Positions 21,995 to 30,583 of a stretch of 64,000 bases of DNA are shown here, piece by piece. Each line of letters begins with the position of its first letter. Within the stretch, counting starts at the first letter, position 1. Origin of the DNA: Pseudomonadota bacterium (lineage in GTDB: Bacteria > Pseudomonadota > Alphaproteobacteria > Caulobacterales > Caulobacteraceae). The translations under genes were made by a program, and so were the position numbers. The DNA lies in contig JAIUNU010000007.1 of assembly GCA_020161365.1 (NCBI GenBank), forward strand, positions 186,853 through 250,852, read 5' to 3'. The notes under the pieces are model-generated. The model was not told where the DNA came from, made no database searches, and saw nothing but the letters and a program-made list of their open reading frames with translations.

Positions 21995-22039
21995 CGCGCG
22001 GTTTAACTCAAAAACAGACTACTGACGAACCGTGTCGGA

Positions 22040-23299
22040 TCAGCGACGGCGCTTGCGCTTGCCGGCCGCGCCCTTGGGACGGGAGAAGCGGACGATCTTG
22101 CGCTCTTCCGTCTCCTGGCGGACGACCGGGATCGAACGCTTGGCCAGGCCGTACATCGAAGCCATCGGCGCATCCTGCACCTCGACGGTGTCGGTTTCGC
22201 CGAAGCCGTTGAAGCGCGTATTCATGGCGACGCCATAGGCGCCGAGCATGCCGATCTCGATATAGTCGCCTTCGTCGACGCTTTCCGGCAGGTAGAAGGG
22301 GCCGGGCATGTGGTCGACGCTGTCGCAGGTCGGGCCGTAGAAGCGGAACGGCTTGAGGCCTTCTTCCACAACTTCGCCGCTCTTGCGGTACAGCTTGACC
22401 GGGAACGGCCACTTCATGTGCGCGGCGTCGAACAGCGAGCCATACGAGCCGTCGTTCAGATAGAGCGCGTCGCCCTTCTTCAGCTCGACCTTGACCAGCA
22501 GCGACGAAGCCTCGGCCACCAGGGCGCGGCCGGGTTCGCACCAGAGCTCGGTGGTCTCGTGGACCATCATCTCGGCGAAGCCGCGGTCGATCGCCGCCAG
22601 ATACTCGGAGAGATCCGGCGGGACCATGCCCGGATAGATCGACGGGAAGCCGCCGCCCACGTCGACAACGTCGGCCAGCACGCCGGCGCGCACCAGAGCG
22701 CGGCTCGCCTGAGCCATCGCCGCCTGGAAGGCGGTCGGGCGCATGCACTGGCTGCCCACGTGGAAGCTGACGCCCATCAGGTCCTGGGTCGCGCGGCGCG
22801 CGGCCAGCAGCAGGGCCGGGGCGTTGTGCATCTCGACGCCGAACTTGCCCGACAGGCTGTAGGCCGCGCCCTCGGCCTGCACGCCCATGCGGACGATCAG
22901 GTTGAGGTCCTTGGCCTGGCCCGTGGCGTCCAGGATCTTGGCCAGCTCTTCGTGGGTGTCGAACGAGAAGGTCTTCACCCCGTGGTCGAAATAGGCGGCG
23001 GAGATCGCCGCCCGGCTCTTGACCGGGTGCATGAAGGCCATGCGCGAGCCCGGCGCCTCTTGGGCGACCAGCTCGACTTCGTTCAGCGATGCGACATCGA
23101 ACGACCGCACGCCGGACTTGGCCAGCTCACGGATCACCCACGGCGAAGGATTGGCCTTCACCGCGTAAAAGACATCGCCTTTAAATTCTGCCTGGAACCA
23201 GCGCGCCGCTACCGCCACCGCGTCCGGTCGCACCATGGCGACAGGACGTTCCGGCGACCGCTCGCGGACCAGGTCCAGGGGCGTATGGTACGTGTGCAA
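22040..23299 (-). CDS. Ornithine decarboxylase, fold-type III (alanine-racemase-like) PLP enzyme
   Basis: FYAVKANP (PLP Lys), SFHVGSQ, DVGGGF, EPGR, GPTCDS, GAY. Probable TTG start at 23299 with AGGGGG SD 9 nt upstream. Confidence 0.9.
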   Translation of the reverse strand: MHTYHTPLDLVRERSPERPVAMVRPDAVAVAARWFQAEFKGDVFYAVKANPSPWVIRELAKSGVRSFDVASLNEVELVAQEAPGSRMAFMHPVKSRAAISAAYFDHGVKTFSFDTHEELAKILDATGQAKDLNLIVRMGVQAEGAAYSLSGKFGVEMHNAPALLLAARRATQDLMGVSFHVGSQCMRPTAFQAAMAQASRALVRAGVLADVVDVGGGFPSIYPGMVPPDLSEYLAAIDRGFAEMMVHETTELWCEPGRALVAEASSLLVKVELKKGDALYLNDGSYGSLFDAAHMKWPFPVKLYRKSGEVVEEGLKPFRFYGPTCDSVDHMPGPFYLPESVDEGDYIEIGMLGAYGVAMNTRFNGFGETDTVEVQDAPMASMYGLAKRSIPVVRQETEERKIVRFSRPKGAAGKRKRRR

Positions 23300-23400
23300 T
23301 TCACGTAACCCCCTGTTGGAAGTTAAACCCAGGCCGGCGTTAGCAGCGCTTGTAGGACTTCGGGTCCGCCGGAACCGTGCGAAATAGGGGCATTGATCCG
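23300..23400 (-). promoter_or_regulatory. Probable alphaproteobacterial speF-type leader RNA upstream of ornithine decarboxylase
   Basis: Lies 5' of an alphaproteobacterial ODC. The sequence AUGCCCCUAUUUCGCACGGUUCCGGCGGACCCGAAGUC resembles my recollection of the Rfam speF leader; no covariance-model search was run. Confidence 0.55.
23340..23393 (-). CDS. Candidate 17-aa leader peptide MPLFRTVPADPKSYKRC
   Basis: ATG..TAA inside the ODC leader, 8 nt downstream of a -10-like CTTTACATC, ending 40 nt before the ODC start. Confidence 0.4.
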   Translation of the reverse strand: MPLFRTVPADPKSYKRC

Positions 23401-23566
23401 GGATGTAAAGACCCTTTTGCGGCCCCGTTTCGAGGCGAATTGATCCCGAGCGGTCCAGGCGCCCGCCGCCTGCGAGATTTCGTCGCGCCAAAGCGCTCCA
23501 CGCCGGAAACGCGGGGGCTTTCGCCGCCGTTTGGCCCCCGCCGCCGGCCGCATAAAACGGGCGGCT

Positions 23567-23584
23567 CTGTCACAAATTCGTTGC
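23567..23584 (+). promoter_or_regulatory. Possible Pho box (one strong half-site) upstream of phnC
   Basis: CTGTCAC-AAAT-TCGTTGC about 70 nt upstream of a phosphonate transporter. The second half is weak. Confidence 0.4.
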
Positions 23585-23651
23585 GTCCTGACCGCAAACC
23601 GGAGAACGCATTTCCCAACCCGTGAAACCACGTTAAGGATTCGCCCCGACC

Positions 23652-24446
23652 ATGACGTCGGACCCTGTTCTCTCGATCCGCGCCGCCTCGAAGACCTTCG
23701 GGTCTCGCCGCGCGCTGGACGCCGTCTCGCTCGATGTGAATCGGGGCGAGATGATCGCGCTCATTGGCCCCTCCGGGTCGGGCAAATCCACGCTCCTGCG
23801 CTCGATCGATGGTCTGCAGACCATCGACGAGGATGAAGGGACCATCACCGCATTCGCCGGTCCTGTGCAGGCGCGCGGGAAGGTCTCGGATCAGGTGCGA
23901 AAGGCCCGCGTTCGCATCGGCTTCGTGGCCCAGCAATTCAATCTGGTCGGCCGGCTGTCGCTGTTCAGCAACGTGGCCCTGGGCTCGCTCGGGCGGATCT
24001 CGTTCCTTCGCGGTCTTTTTGGCTGGTGGCCGCAGGAAACGCGCGACGCGGCCATGGCGGCCCTCCATCGCGTGGGCGTCTCGGACTACGCCGGCCAGCG
24101 CGCCAACACCCTGTCGGGCGGTCAACAGCAGCGGGGCGCCATCGCCCGCGCGCTGGTTCAGCGCGCCAAGATCATCCTGGCCGACGAGCCGGTCGCCTCG
24201 CTGGATCCGGTGTCGGCGCGCAAGGTCATGGAGATCCTTCGTGACCTGAATCAAAGCGACGGTCTCACCGTCGTCGTCACACTACACCAGGTGGACTACG
24301 CCCTGCGCTACTGCGACCGGGTCGTGGCCCTGAAGGCCGGCCAGAAGGTCTATGACGGCCCGGCCTCCGGTCTGAAGCGTGAAAAACTCATCGATATCTA
24401 CGGCCCGGAATTCGAGGACGTGTTCTGGGAAGGAGCTCCCCAATGA
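23652..24446 (+). CDS. phnC: Phosphonate ABC transporter ATP-binding protein
   Basis: GPSGSGKST, QQFNLVGRL, LSGGQQQR, ADEPVASLDP. Confidence 0.92.
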   Translation: MTSDPVLSIRAASKTFGSRRALDAVSLDVNRGEMIALIGPSGSGKSTLLRSIDGLQTIDEDEGTITAFAGPVQARGKVSDQVRKARVRIGFVAQQFNLVGRLSLFSNVALGSLGRISFLRGLFGWWPQETRDAAMAALHRVGVSDYAGQRANTLSGGQQQRGAIARALVQRAKIILADEPVASLDPVSARKVMEILRDLNQSDGLTVVVTLHQVDYALRYCDRVVALKAGQKVYDGPASGLKREKLIDIYGPEFEDVFWEGAPQ

Positions 24447-25483
24447 TCAGCCGTCGTTCGGCTCTCGTCATCGCCGCCCGTTGTTCGCTTGTCGGCTTCT
24501 CGGCCCTGGCGCTCGTGTCTTGCTCGGGCAAGTCCGAAGCGCCTGCGGCCAAGAACGAGGTGACCTTCTCCATCCTGTCGACCGAGTCGGCCCAGAACAT
24601 GGAGAGCTACTGGACGCCGATCCTGAAGGACATGGAGAAGCAGACCGGCCTCAAGGTGAAGCCGTTCTTCTCGTCCAACTACTCGTCGCTGATCGTGGCC
24701 ATGGGCGCCAAGCAGACCGACCTGGGCTGGTTCTCGAACCAGTCGGGCTTGGAAGCGGTGCGCCGCTCGAACGGCGAGGTCTTCGCCCGGACGTTCGATC
24801 CGTCGGGCACGGACGGCTACAAGTCGGTGATCATCGTCCCGGCCGCCAGCAAGATCCAGACGATCCAGGACCTGCTGAAGTGCGACAAGACCCTGAACTT
24901 CGGCATCGGCGACAAGAAGTCGACCTCGGGCACCCTGGCGCCGATGACCTACGTGTTCATCCCGGCCAACAAGAAGCCCGAAGAATGCTTCAAGACGGTG
25001 ATCAGCGCCAACCATCAAGCCAACCTGTTCGCGGTGGCTAACGGCAAGCTGGACGCCTCGACGAACAACTCCACGGCCATCAACCTTTCGAGGGCGCGCG
25101 GCGAAGGCGTGACCGACAAGATCCGCGTGATCTGGGAGTCGCCGACCCTGCCGGAGGATCCGATCGTGTGGCGCAAGGACCTCGACCCGGTCGTGAAGGA
25201 AAAGCTGCGTCAGTTCTTCCTCACCTACGCCCAAGGCGATACGCCCGAGGCCGAGCAGCAGCGCGGCTATCTGAAGAAGCTGTCGATCGGCGGCTTCAAG
25301 CCGGCCGATGACACCCATCTGCTGGTGGTGCGCGAGATGGAGGCCACGGAACAGCTGGGCATCGCTCGCGAGTCGGGCGACCAGGCCAAGATCGCCGCCG
25401 CCCAGAAGGTCCTCGACGGCGTCAAGGCCGAGCGCGTGGCCGCCGAAGGCAAGGCGGGCGTCGTCGCTCAGCCGGCCAACTGA
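24443..25483 (+). CDS. phnD: Phosphonate ABC transporter substrate-binding protein
   Basis: Lipoprotein-like signal (LVSC), GYKSVIIV, STSG, HQAN, IWESP. Confidence 0.9.
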   Translation: MISRRSALVIAARCSLVGFSALALVSCSGKSEAPAAKNEVTFSILSTESAQNMESYWTPILKDMEKQTGLKVKPFFSSNYSSLIVAMGAKQTDLGWFSNQSGLEAVRRSNGEVFARTFDPSGTDGYKSVIIVPAASKIQTIQDLLKCDKTLNFGIGDKKSTSGTLAPMTYVFIPANKKPEECFKTVISANHQANLFAVANGKLDASTNNSTAINLSRARGEGVTDKIRVIWESPTLPEDPIVWRKDLDPVVKEKLRQFFLTYAQGDTPEAEQQRGYLKKLSIGGFKPADDTHLLVVREMEATEQLGIARESGDQAKIAAAQKVLDGVKAERVAAEGKAGVVAQPAN

Positions 25484-25491
25484 GGTCCTTG

Positions 25492-26325
25492 ATGAGCCAA
25501 GCCGCCAAGATTGACGGGGCGATTCCGCCGCCCCCCAAGCGGTCGACCTCGGCCCTGGCCTTCGACACCCTGCTGTGGGGCGGGGTGATCCTGTTGCTGA
25601 TCATCAGCTTCAAGCCGGCCGAGATCGACAAGTTTCCGCAGCTGTTCACCGACACCGAGAAGACGCAGGGCTTCGCCAAGCTGTTCTTCAAGCCGTTCAC
25701 CGATCCGGCGCTGTTCATGTCGATGGATTGGAGCCTGTTCATCGGCAAGATGTGGCAGACGATCCAGATGGCGCTGTGGGGCACGGCCCTGGCGATCATC
25801 GTGGCCATTCCGCTGGGCTTGCTCGGCGCGCGCAATATCGCGCCGGTCTGGGTGCAGCAGCCGGTTCGCCGGGTCCTGGACCTGATCCGCTCGATCCCCG
25901 ACCTCGTCGTGGCGCTGATCTTCATCACCGCCGTGGGCCTGGGCCCGTTCGCCGGCGTCATGTCGATCATGTTCAACACCGGCGGCGTGCTGGCCAAGCT
26001 GTTCGCCGAGGCCGTCGAGTCGATCGACAAGGGGCCCGTCGAGGGTGTGCGCGCCACCGGGGCGGTCAAACTGCAGGAGATCGTCTGGGGCGTGATCCCG
26101 CAGGTGGCGCCGCTGTGGACCAGCTACGCGCTCTACCGCTTCGAGTCGTCGAGCCGCGCGGCCACCGTGCTGGGCATCATCGGCGCCGGCGGCATCGGCC
26201 AGATCCTCTACGACTCGATCAACGCGTTCCAGTTCGACCAGACCGGCTGCATCGTTCTGGTGATCGTGGTGGCCGTATCGATGATCGACCTGCTGTCCCA
26301 GATCATCCGCACGCGCCTGCTTTAG
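25492..26325 (+). CDS. phnE: Phosphonate ABC transporter permease
   Basis: KLFAEAVESID EAA motif, YRFESSSRAATVLGIIGAGGIG. Confidence 0.92.
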   Translation: MSQAAKIDGAIPPPPKRSTSALAFDTLLWGGVILLLIISFKPAEIDKFPQLFTDTEKTQGFAKLFFKPFTDPALFMSMDWSLFIGKMWQTIQMALWGTALAIIVAIPLGLLGARNIAPVWVQQPVRRVLDLIRSIPDLVVALIFITAVGLGPFAGVMSIMFNTGGVLAKLFAEAVESIDKGPVEGVRATGAVKLQEIVWGVIPQVAPLWTSYALYRFESSSRAATVLGIIGAGGIGQILYDSINAFQFDQTGCIVLVIVVAVSMIDLLSQIIRTRLL

Positions 26326-26367
26326 GGCGCTGCGACAACCGCCAGGTCTTCGCCTGGCGACGCATTC

Positions 26368-26398
26368 ACGCCGCGGCTCTATGGGCCGCGGCGTTTTT
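26368..26398 (+). terminator. Terminator of phnCDE
   Basis: ACGCCGCGGC/GCCGCGGCGT stem followed by TTTT. Confidence 0.75.
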
Positions 26399-26479
26399 GT
26401 TTGTATAGTGGCGCGCCGGACCTCCCCATGCGCCGGTCGCGGTCGCCGTCCGGCGACGCGTCCCTGACCCTGAAGGGCC

Positions 26480-27793
26480 ATGATTCTCGTCGCGCTCGTC
26501 GTCGTCCTTTTCCTCGTTCTGCTGAACGGGGTCTTTTCCATGTCCGAATTGGCCGTCGTTTCGGCGCGTAAGGCGCGCCTGCAAGGCTTCGCCGAACGGG
26601 GCGATCGGGGGGCGAAGCTGGCCCTGGAGATGTCCGAGCATCCGACGCGGTTCCTCTCGGCCGTGCAGGTGGGCATCACCCTGATCGGCATCTTCGCCGG
26701 CGCCTACGGTCAGGCCACCATCGCCGCCGCCCTGGACACCTGGCTGGAAGCCAGCGTCCCGGCCCTGGCCAAGTATTCCGAAGCCATCGCCACGACCACC
26801 GTCGTCATCGGCCTGACCTATGTCTCGGTGATCCTGGGCGAACTGGTGCCCAAGCGCCTGGCCCTGATCTTCCCCGACGCCATCGCCCGCCGCATGGCGC
26901 CGTTCCTGGCCATCGTGGCGACGGTGCTGCGCCCCTTCGTCACCTTGCTGACGGTCTCGACGGCCGCCGTCCTGCGCCTGATGGGCGTACGCGACGAGCG
27001 CAACACCAGCGTCACGTCCGAAGAGGTCGAGGCGGTCCTGGCCGAGGGCGCGGACGCCGGCCTGATCGAGCCCGAGGAGCGGTCGATGATCCAGGAGGTC
27101 TTGCGCCTGGGTGATCGTCCCGTGCGCGTCGCCATGACCCCGCGCCGGGACCTCTTCTGGGTGTCGCTGGCCGACGACACCGAGACGGTGCTGACCGAGA
27201 TCCGCGCCAGCGCCCATTCGCGCATCGTGGTCGCCACCGAGGGCGACCTCGACGGCGATGTCGGCGTACTGCTGAAGAAGGACCTGCTGGACGCCTGCCT
27301 GTCGGGCGAGCCGCTGGATCTCAAGGCCCACGTCCAGCAGCCGCTGGCGATCCCCGAGACCATGTCGCTTCTGAAGGCGCTGCAGCTGTTCAAATCGACC
27401 AGCCTGCACATGGCGCTTGTGGTCGACGAGTTCGGCTCGTTGCAGGGTGCCATCACCCCGCTGGACCTGCTGGAAATGATCGCCGGCGACTTCCCGGAAG
27501 ATCACGACGACGACGAAAAACGCATCATCCGCCGCGAGGACGGCGGCTGGCTGATCGACGCGCGCCTCGATATCCAGGAGCTCAACGACCACCTCGGCGA
27601 GAACTTCGAGGCCGAGGGGGGCTACCACACGGTGGCCGGCCTGATCCTCGACCGCCTGGGCCGCCTGCCGGTTGAAGGCGAGCACGTCGAAATCGGCGGT
27701 TTCGACCTCGAGATCGTCGACATGGACAGCTCGCGGATCGACAAGGTCATCCTCAAGCCCAGCAAGCGTAAGAAGGACGGCCAGGAGGGGTAG
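26480..27793 (+). CDS. HlyC/CorC family membrane protein (CNNM + CBS pair + CorC domain)
   Basis: NGVFSMSELAVVSAR, VQVGITL, GELVPK, HSRI, VVDEFG, HTVAGL. Confidence 0.92.
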   Translation: MILVALVVVLFLVLLNGVFSMSELAVVSARKARLQGFAERGDRGAKLALEMSEHPTRFLSAVQVGITLIGIFAGAYGQATIAAALDTWLEASVPALAKYSEAIATTTVVIGLTYVSVILGELVPKRLALIFPDAIARRMAPFLAIVATVLRPFVTLLTVSTAAVLRLMGVRDERNTSVTSEEVEAVLAEGADAGLIEPEERSMIQEVLRLGDRPVRVAMTPRRDLFWVSLADDTETVLTEIRASAHSRIVVATEGDLDGDVGVLLKKDLLDACLSGEPLDLKAHVQQPLAIPETMSLLKALQLFKSTSLHMALVVDEFGSLQGAITPLDLLEMIAGDFPEDHDDDEKRIIRREDGGWLIDARLDIQELNDHLGENFEAEGGYHTVAGLILDRLGRLPVEGEHVEIGGFDLEIVDMDSSRIDKVILKPSKRKKDGQEG

Positions 27794-27867
27794 GGGGCGT
27801 CGCGGTTCCGGCTGAAGGCCGCACGCACGTGTCGCCGGGAAGGTCGGGTTTCCGGCGGGAGGCTGGA

Positions 27868-27894
27868 GGCGGCTAGCGACCCGTTGCGGAAGTT
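27868..27894 (+). repeat. Left copy of a 27-bp imperfect direct repeat flanking the lower-GC ORF
   Basis: GGCGGCTAGCGACCCGTTGCGGAAGTT, 17/27 identical without gaps to 28228-28254. Confidence 0.5.
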
Positions 27895-27917
27895 CCGCCA
27901 ACGCGGAAAGATGGCCC

Positions 27918-28220
27918 ATGAACTTGGAGTCGATAACGCGTCAGTCCCTATTGGCTTTGTTGGCGCCGGCGGTTTTGATCGCGTTTGGCAGCGTGGTCGG
28001 CGGGCTGATGTTTGCCCGGATCCTATTTCGTGCTGAAAGGCCGTTCGCCATTTCTATGTGGCTGGCGATCGTTTTGTTTCCAGTTTGGATCCTCGCCCTT
28101 CTCGGCATGCGTGCCGGTTCTAAAAAGCTATACCCTCTAGCTGCGGCTTCATGGCTATTCGGCGCGATGGTGGCGATCTACTACGTTTGGCAGCCTTACG
28201 GACGCCTGTGGGGCTGGTGA
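27918..28220 (+). CDS. Small hypothetical membrane protein (100 aa, about 3 TM helices), atypical composition
   Basis: About 57% GC by hand count over 27961-28200, clearly below neighbouring genes. Rich in TTG/CTA/TTT codons, with three hydrophobic segments. Confidence 0.65.
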   Translation: MNLESITRQSLLALLAPAVLIAFGSVVGGLMFARILFRAERPFAISMWLAIVLFPVWILALLGMRAGSKKLYPLAAASWLFGAMVAIYYVWQPYGRLWGW

Positions 28221-28227
28221 CGCCAAG

Positions 28228-28254
28228 GTCCGACAACCACCCTTTACTGACGTT
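28228..28254 (+). repeat. Right copy of the 27-bp imperfect direct repeat
   Basis: GTCCGACAACCACCCTTTACTGACGTT, 7 nt after the ORF stop, followed by a further ATGTCCGCGTTCC half-unit at 28259. Confidence 0.5.
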
Positions 28255-28299
28255 GGCGATGTCCGCGTTCCAACAGCCACTCCAAGACACGACCCAAAG

Positions 28300-28331
28300 A
28301 AAAAGGGCGCGGACCTTGCGATCCGCGCCCT
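28300..28331 (-). terminator. Terminator of the atp F0 operon
   Basis: AGGGCGCGGA/TCCGCGCCCT stem with AAAAA, a U-tract on the minus strand. Confidence 0.8.
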
Positions 28332-28359
28332 CGTCTTGTCTACCCGATGAAGCCGGCCG

Positions 28360-28869
28360 CTACTGCAGCTTGGCGCCCATCTGGCTGATCGCGGCGTCGA
28401 CCAGAGCGTCGCCCTTGGCGCCCGCGAGGCGGGCGGCCAGGACGGTTTCGGCGGCCTGGGCGGCGAGATCCACCGCGGCGGCCTTCACGTCGGCGGCGGC
28501 TTGCGCCTCGGCCTGGGCGATCTTCCGCTCAGCCATTTCGGCGCGGCGCTTGATCTGCTCTTCGAGCTTTTCCTTGGCTTCCTCGGCCAGACGCTTGGCG
28601 TCGGCCTTGGCGGCTTCCAGCATGGCGGCGGCCTGACGCTCGGCGTCCTCGCGTTGGGCCTTGACGTCCGCGAGCAGGGCCTGGGCCTCTTCCCGCAGTT
28701 GCTGGGCTTCGTCGAGTTCGGCCTTGATCTTGGCGGCGTAGCCGTCGAGCGCGCCGAACAGAGCGCCCGGCAGCACCTTCAGAACGACCAGCAGGCCGAA
28801 GAAGATCACCAGGGCGGCCAGAACCCAGAACTCCGGGTTCGAGAAGCTGAACAGGGATTCGTGTTCCAT
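28360..28869 (-). CDS. atpF: ATP synthase F0 subunit b
   Basis: NPEFWV N-terminal TM followed by an Ala/Glu/Lys coiled coil; operon position. Confidence 0.93.
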   Translation of the reverse strand: MEHESLFSFSNPEFWVLAALVIFFGLLVVLKVLPGALFGALDGYAAKIKAELDEAQQLREEAQALLADVKAQREDAERQAAAMLEAAKADAKRLAEEAKEKLEEQIKRRAEMAERKIAQAEAQAAADVKAAAVDLAAQAAETVLAARLAGAKGDALVDAAISQMGAKLQ

Positions 28870-28879
28870 CGTTCGCTCC

Positions 28880-29416
28880 TTAGGCCAGAGCCGACTTCAG
28901 CTCGGCGGCCGTAGCCGCCTTGCCCGTCAGCTTCTCGACGATCGCGCCGGCCGTCTCCTCGGCCACCACGCGGACCTGGCTCATGGCCTGGTCGCGAGCG
29001 GTCTGGATCGAAGCCTCGGCCGCAGCCAGCTTCTCGGCCAGGATAGCCTCTTCCTTGGCCTGACGCTCGGCGGCCTCGGCCGAAGCCTTGGCCTTGGCGT
29101 CCGCCGCGGTCTTCTGGGCCTTGGCGCGAGCCTCGGCGACTTCCGCCGCCGCGGCGCGAGCCTGGGCTTCAGCCTCGTCCTTCATGCGACGGGCGTCGGC
29201 GATGTCGCCGGCGATCTTGGCGCCGCGCTCTTCGATCGCGCCGCTGACCCGGGGCAGCAGGCCCTTCGACAGCACCGCGTAAAGAACGGCGAAGATGATG
29301 AGCAGCCAGACGATCTGACCACCCCAGTGCTCGAACTGCAGCTGCGGAAGGCCGCCGCTTTCGTGCTTCTGGGGGGCTTCCGTCGTCTCGGTCGTGCCGT
29401 GATGTTCCGTCGCCAT
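28880..29416 (-). CDS. atpG: ATP synthase F0 subunit b'
   Basis: GGLPQL...GQIVWL...LLPRV then a coiled coil. Symbol used in the alphaproteobacterial b' (atpF2) sense, not the F1 gamma subunit. Confidence 0.88.
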   Translation of the reverse strand: MATEHHGTTETTEAPQKHESGGLPQLQFEHWGGQIVWLLIIFAVLYAVLSKGLLPRVSGAIEERGAKIAGDIADARRMKDEAEAQARAAAAEVAEARAKAQKTAADAKAKASAEAAERQAKEEAILAEKLAAAEASIQTARDQAMSQVRVVAEETAGAIVEKLTGKAATAAELKSALA

Positions 29417-29542
29417 GGGCGAGGGCGCCTCTCAGCTAGTGCGCTTGGAGCGGACCGTGTTCCGGCCCGCTCCAGGAAGCGCGAGAAAACAAAAGCATGG
29501 AGCGCGTCGCTTCCGATGAAGCGCCGCGCTCCAGGGATCGGA

Positions 29543-29767
29543 TTACGAGAACAGGATCAGGAAGGCGATAACCAGGGCGAAGATGCCCAGGGCTTCCGTC
29601 AGAGCCATGCCCAGGAACAGCATCGGGCGCTCTTGAGCGGCGGCGGTCGGGTTACGCAGAGCGCCTTGGAAGTAGTTGCCGAACATCACGCCCAGGCCAA
29701 CGCCCGCGCCGATCATGCCGAGCATCGCCAGACCAGCGCCGATGTACTTAGCAGCAGCAGCGTCCAT
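29543..29767 (-). CDS. atpE: ATP synthase F0 subunit c
   Basis: GAGVGLG, ALRNP, ALTEA (proton-binding Glu). Confidence 0.97.
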   Translation of the reverse strand: MDAAAAKYIGAGLAMLGMIGAGVGLGVMFGNYFQGALRNPTAAAQERPMLFLGMALTEALGIFALVIAFLILFS

Positions 29768-29816
29768 GATTGAGACTCCTTAGGAAGGGTATGTAGGTTG
29801 AAAGACTAAAGGTTGA

Positions 29817-30578
29817 TCAGTGGCTGTCGAGGTGCACGACGTCGTTGATGTAGACGCAGGCAAGCACCGCGAACACGAAGGCCTGCAGGAAGGCCACCAT
29901 GAACTCTAGGGCCGTCAGGGCGACGACCGAGGTCAGGGCCAGGGCCGCACCGGCCCAGCCCAGCACGCCGAGACCGCCCAGGGCGATCACGAAACCGGCG
30001 AAAATCTTCAGCACGACGTGGCCGCCCAGCATGTTGCCGAACAGACGCAGGCCCAGGGTGATCGGGCGGATCAGGAACGACAGGATTTCGATCGGCACGA
30101 GCAGGAAGTACAGCGGCCACGGCACGCCCGACGGGGCGAACAGCTTGAAGAACTTGATGCCGTTCTTGGCGAAGCCGACGGCGACCACGGTCAGGATGAC
30201 CATCAGGCCCAGCGTCAGGGTCACAGCCAGCTGCGACGTCGCGGTGAACACCAGGAACATGCCCTGGACGTTCATGAACAGCACGAACGCGAAGAGCGTG
30301 AAGATGAAGGGCAGGAACTTCTTGCCGTCGTGGCCGATGATCGACTCGGCGAGGCCATCGACCAAGCCGTAGAGCATCTCGCCCACCGCCTGCAGGCGGC
30401 CCGGCACCACGGCCTTCTTGGCCGACAGGGCGTAGAAGCCGATGATCAGCAGGGCGGCCGACATCATGGCGGCCACGGAGTTCGTGATCGACAGGTCGAT
30501 GGCGCCGAGGCCAGGAACGGTCACGGTGGGCAGTTCCACGATCTTCTGGATCTGGAACTGGTGCATCGGATCGGCCAT
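29817..30578 (-). CDS. atpB: ATP synthase F0 subunit a
   Basis: DPMHQF, PGRLQ, LGLRLFGNM, LQAFVF. Confidence 0.97.
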   Translation of the reverse strand: MADPMHQFQIQKIVELPTVTVPGLGAIDLSITNSVAAMMSAALLIIGFYALSAKKAVVPGRLQAVGEMLYGLVDGLAESIIGHDGKKFLPFIFTLFAFVLFMNVQGMFLVFTATSQLAVTLTLGLMVILTVVAVGFAKNGIKFFKLFAPSGVPWPLYFLLVPIEILSFLIRPITLGLRLFGNMLGGHVVLKIFAGFVIALGGLGVLGWAGAALALTSVVALTALEFMVAFLQAFVFAVLACVYINDVVHLDSH

Positions 30579-30583
30579 CGGCC

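Noticed and set aside
22040-23491. Extended N-termini in the ORF track (ODC 23491, MCP 4297, xerC 5472, ALS 60004, MBL 56930, TfoX 51183 and others)
   Set aside because: The extensions have no family similarity and overlap neighbours or promoters. Downstream starts with RBS or family-typical N-termini were chosen instead.
28228-28257. Classical integron attC site
   Set aside because: The AAC...GTT ends are only about 14 nt apart, far shorter than attC, the RYYYAAC/GTTRRRY boxes are imperfect, and there is no intI.
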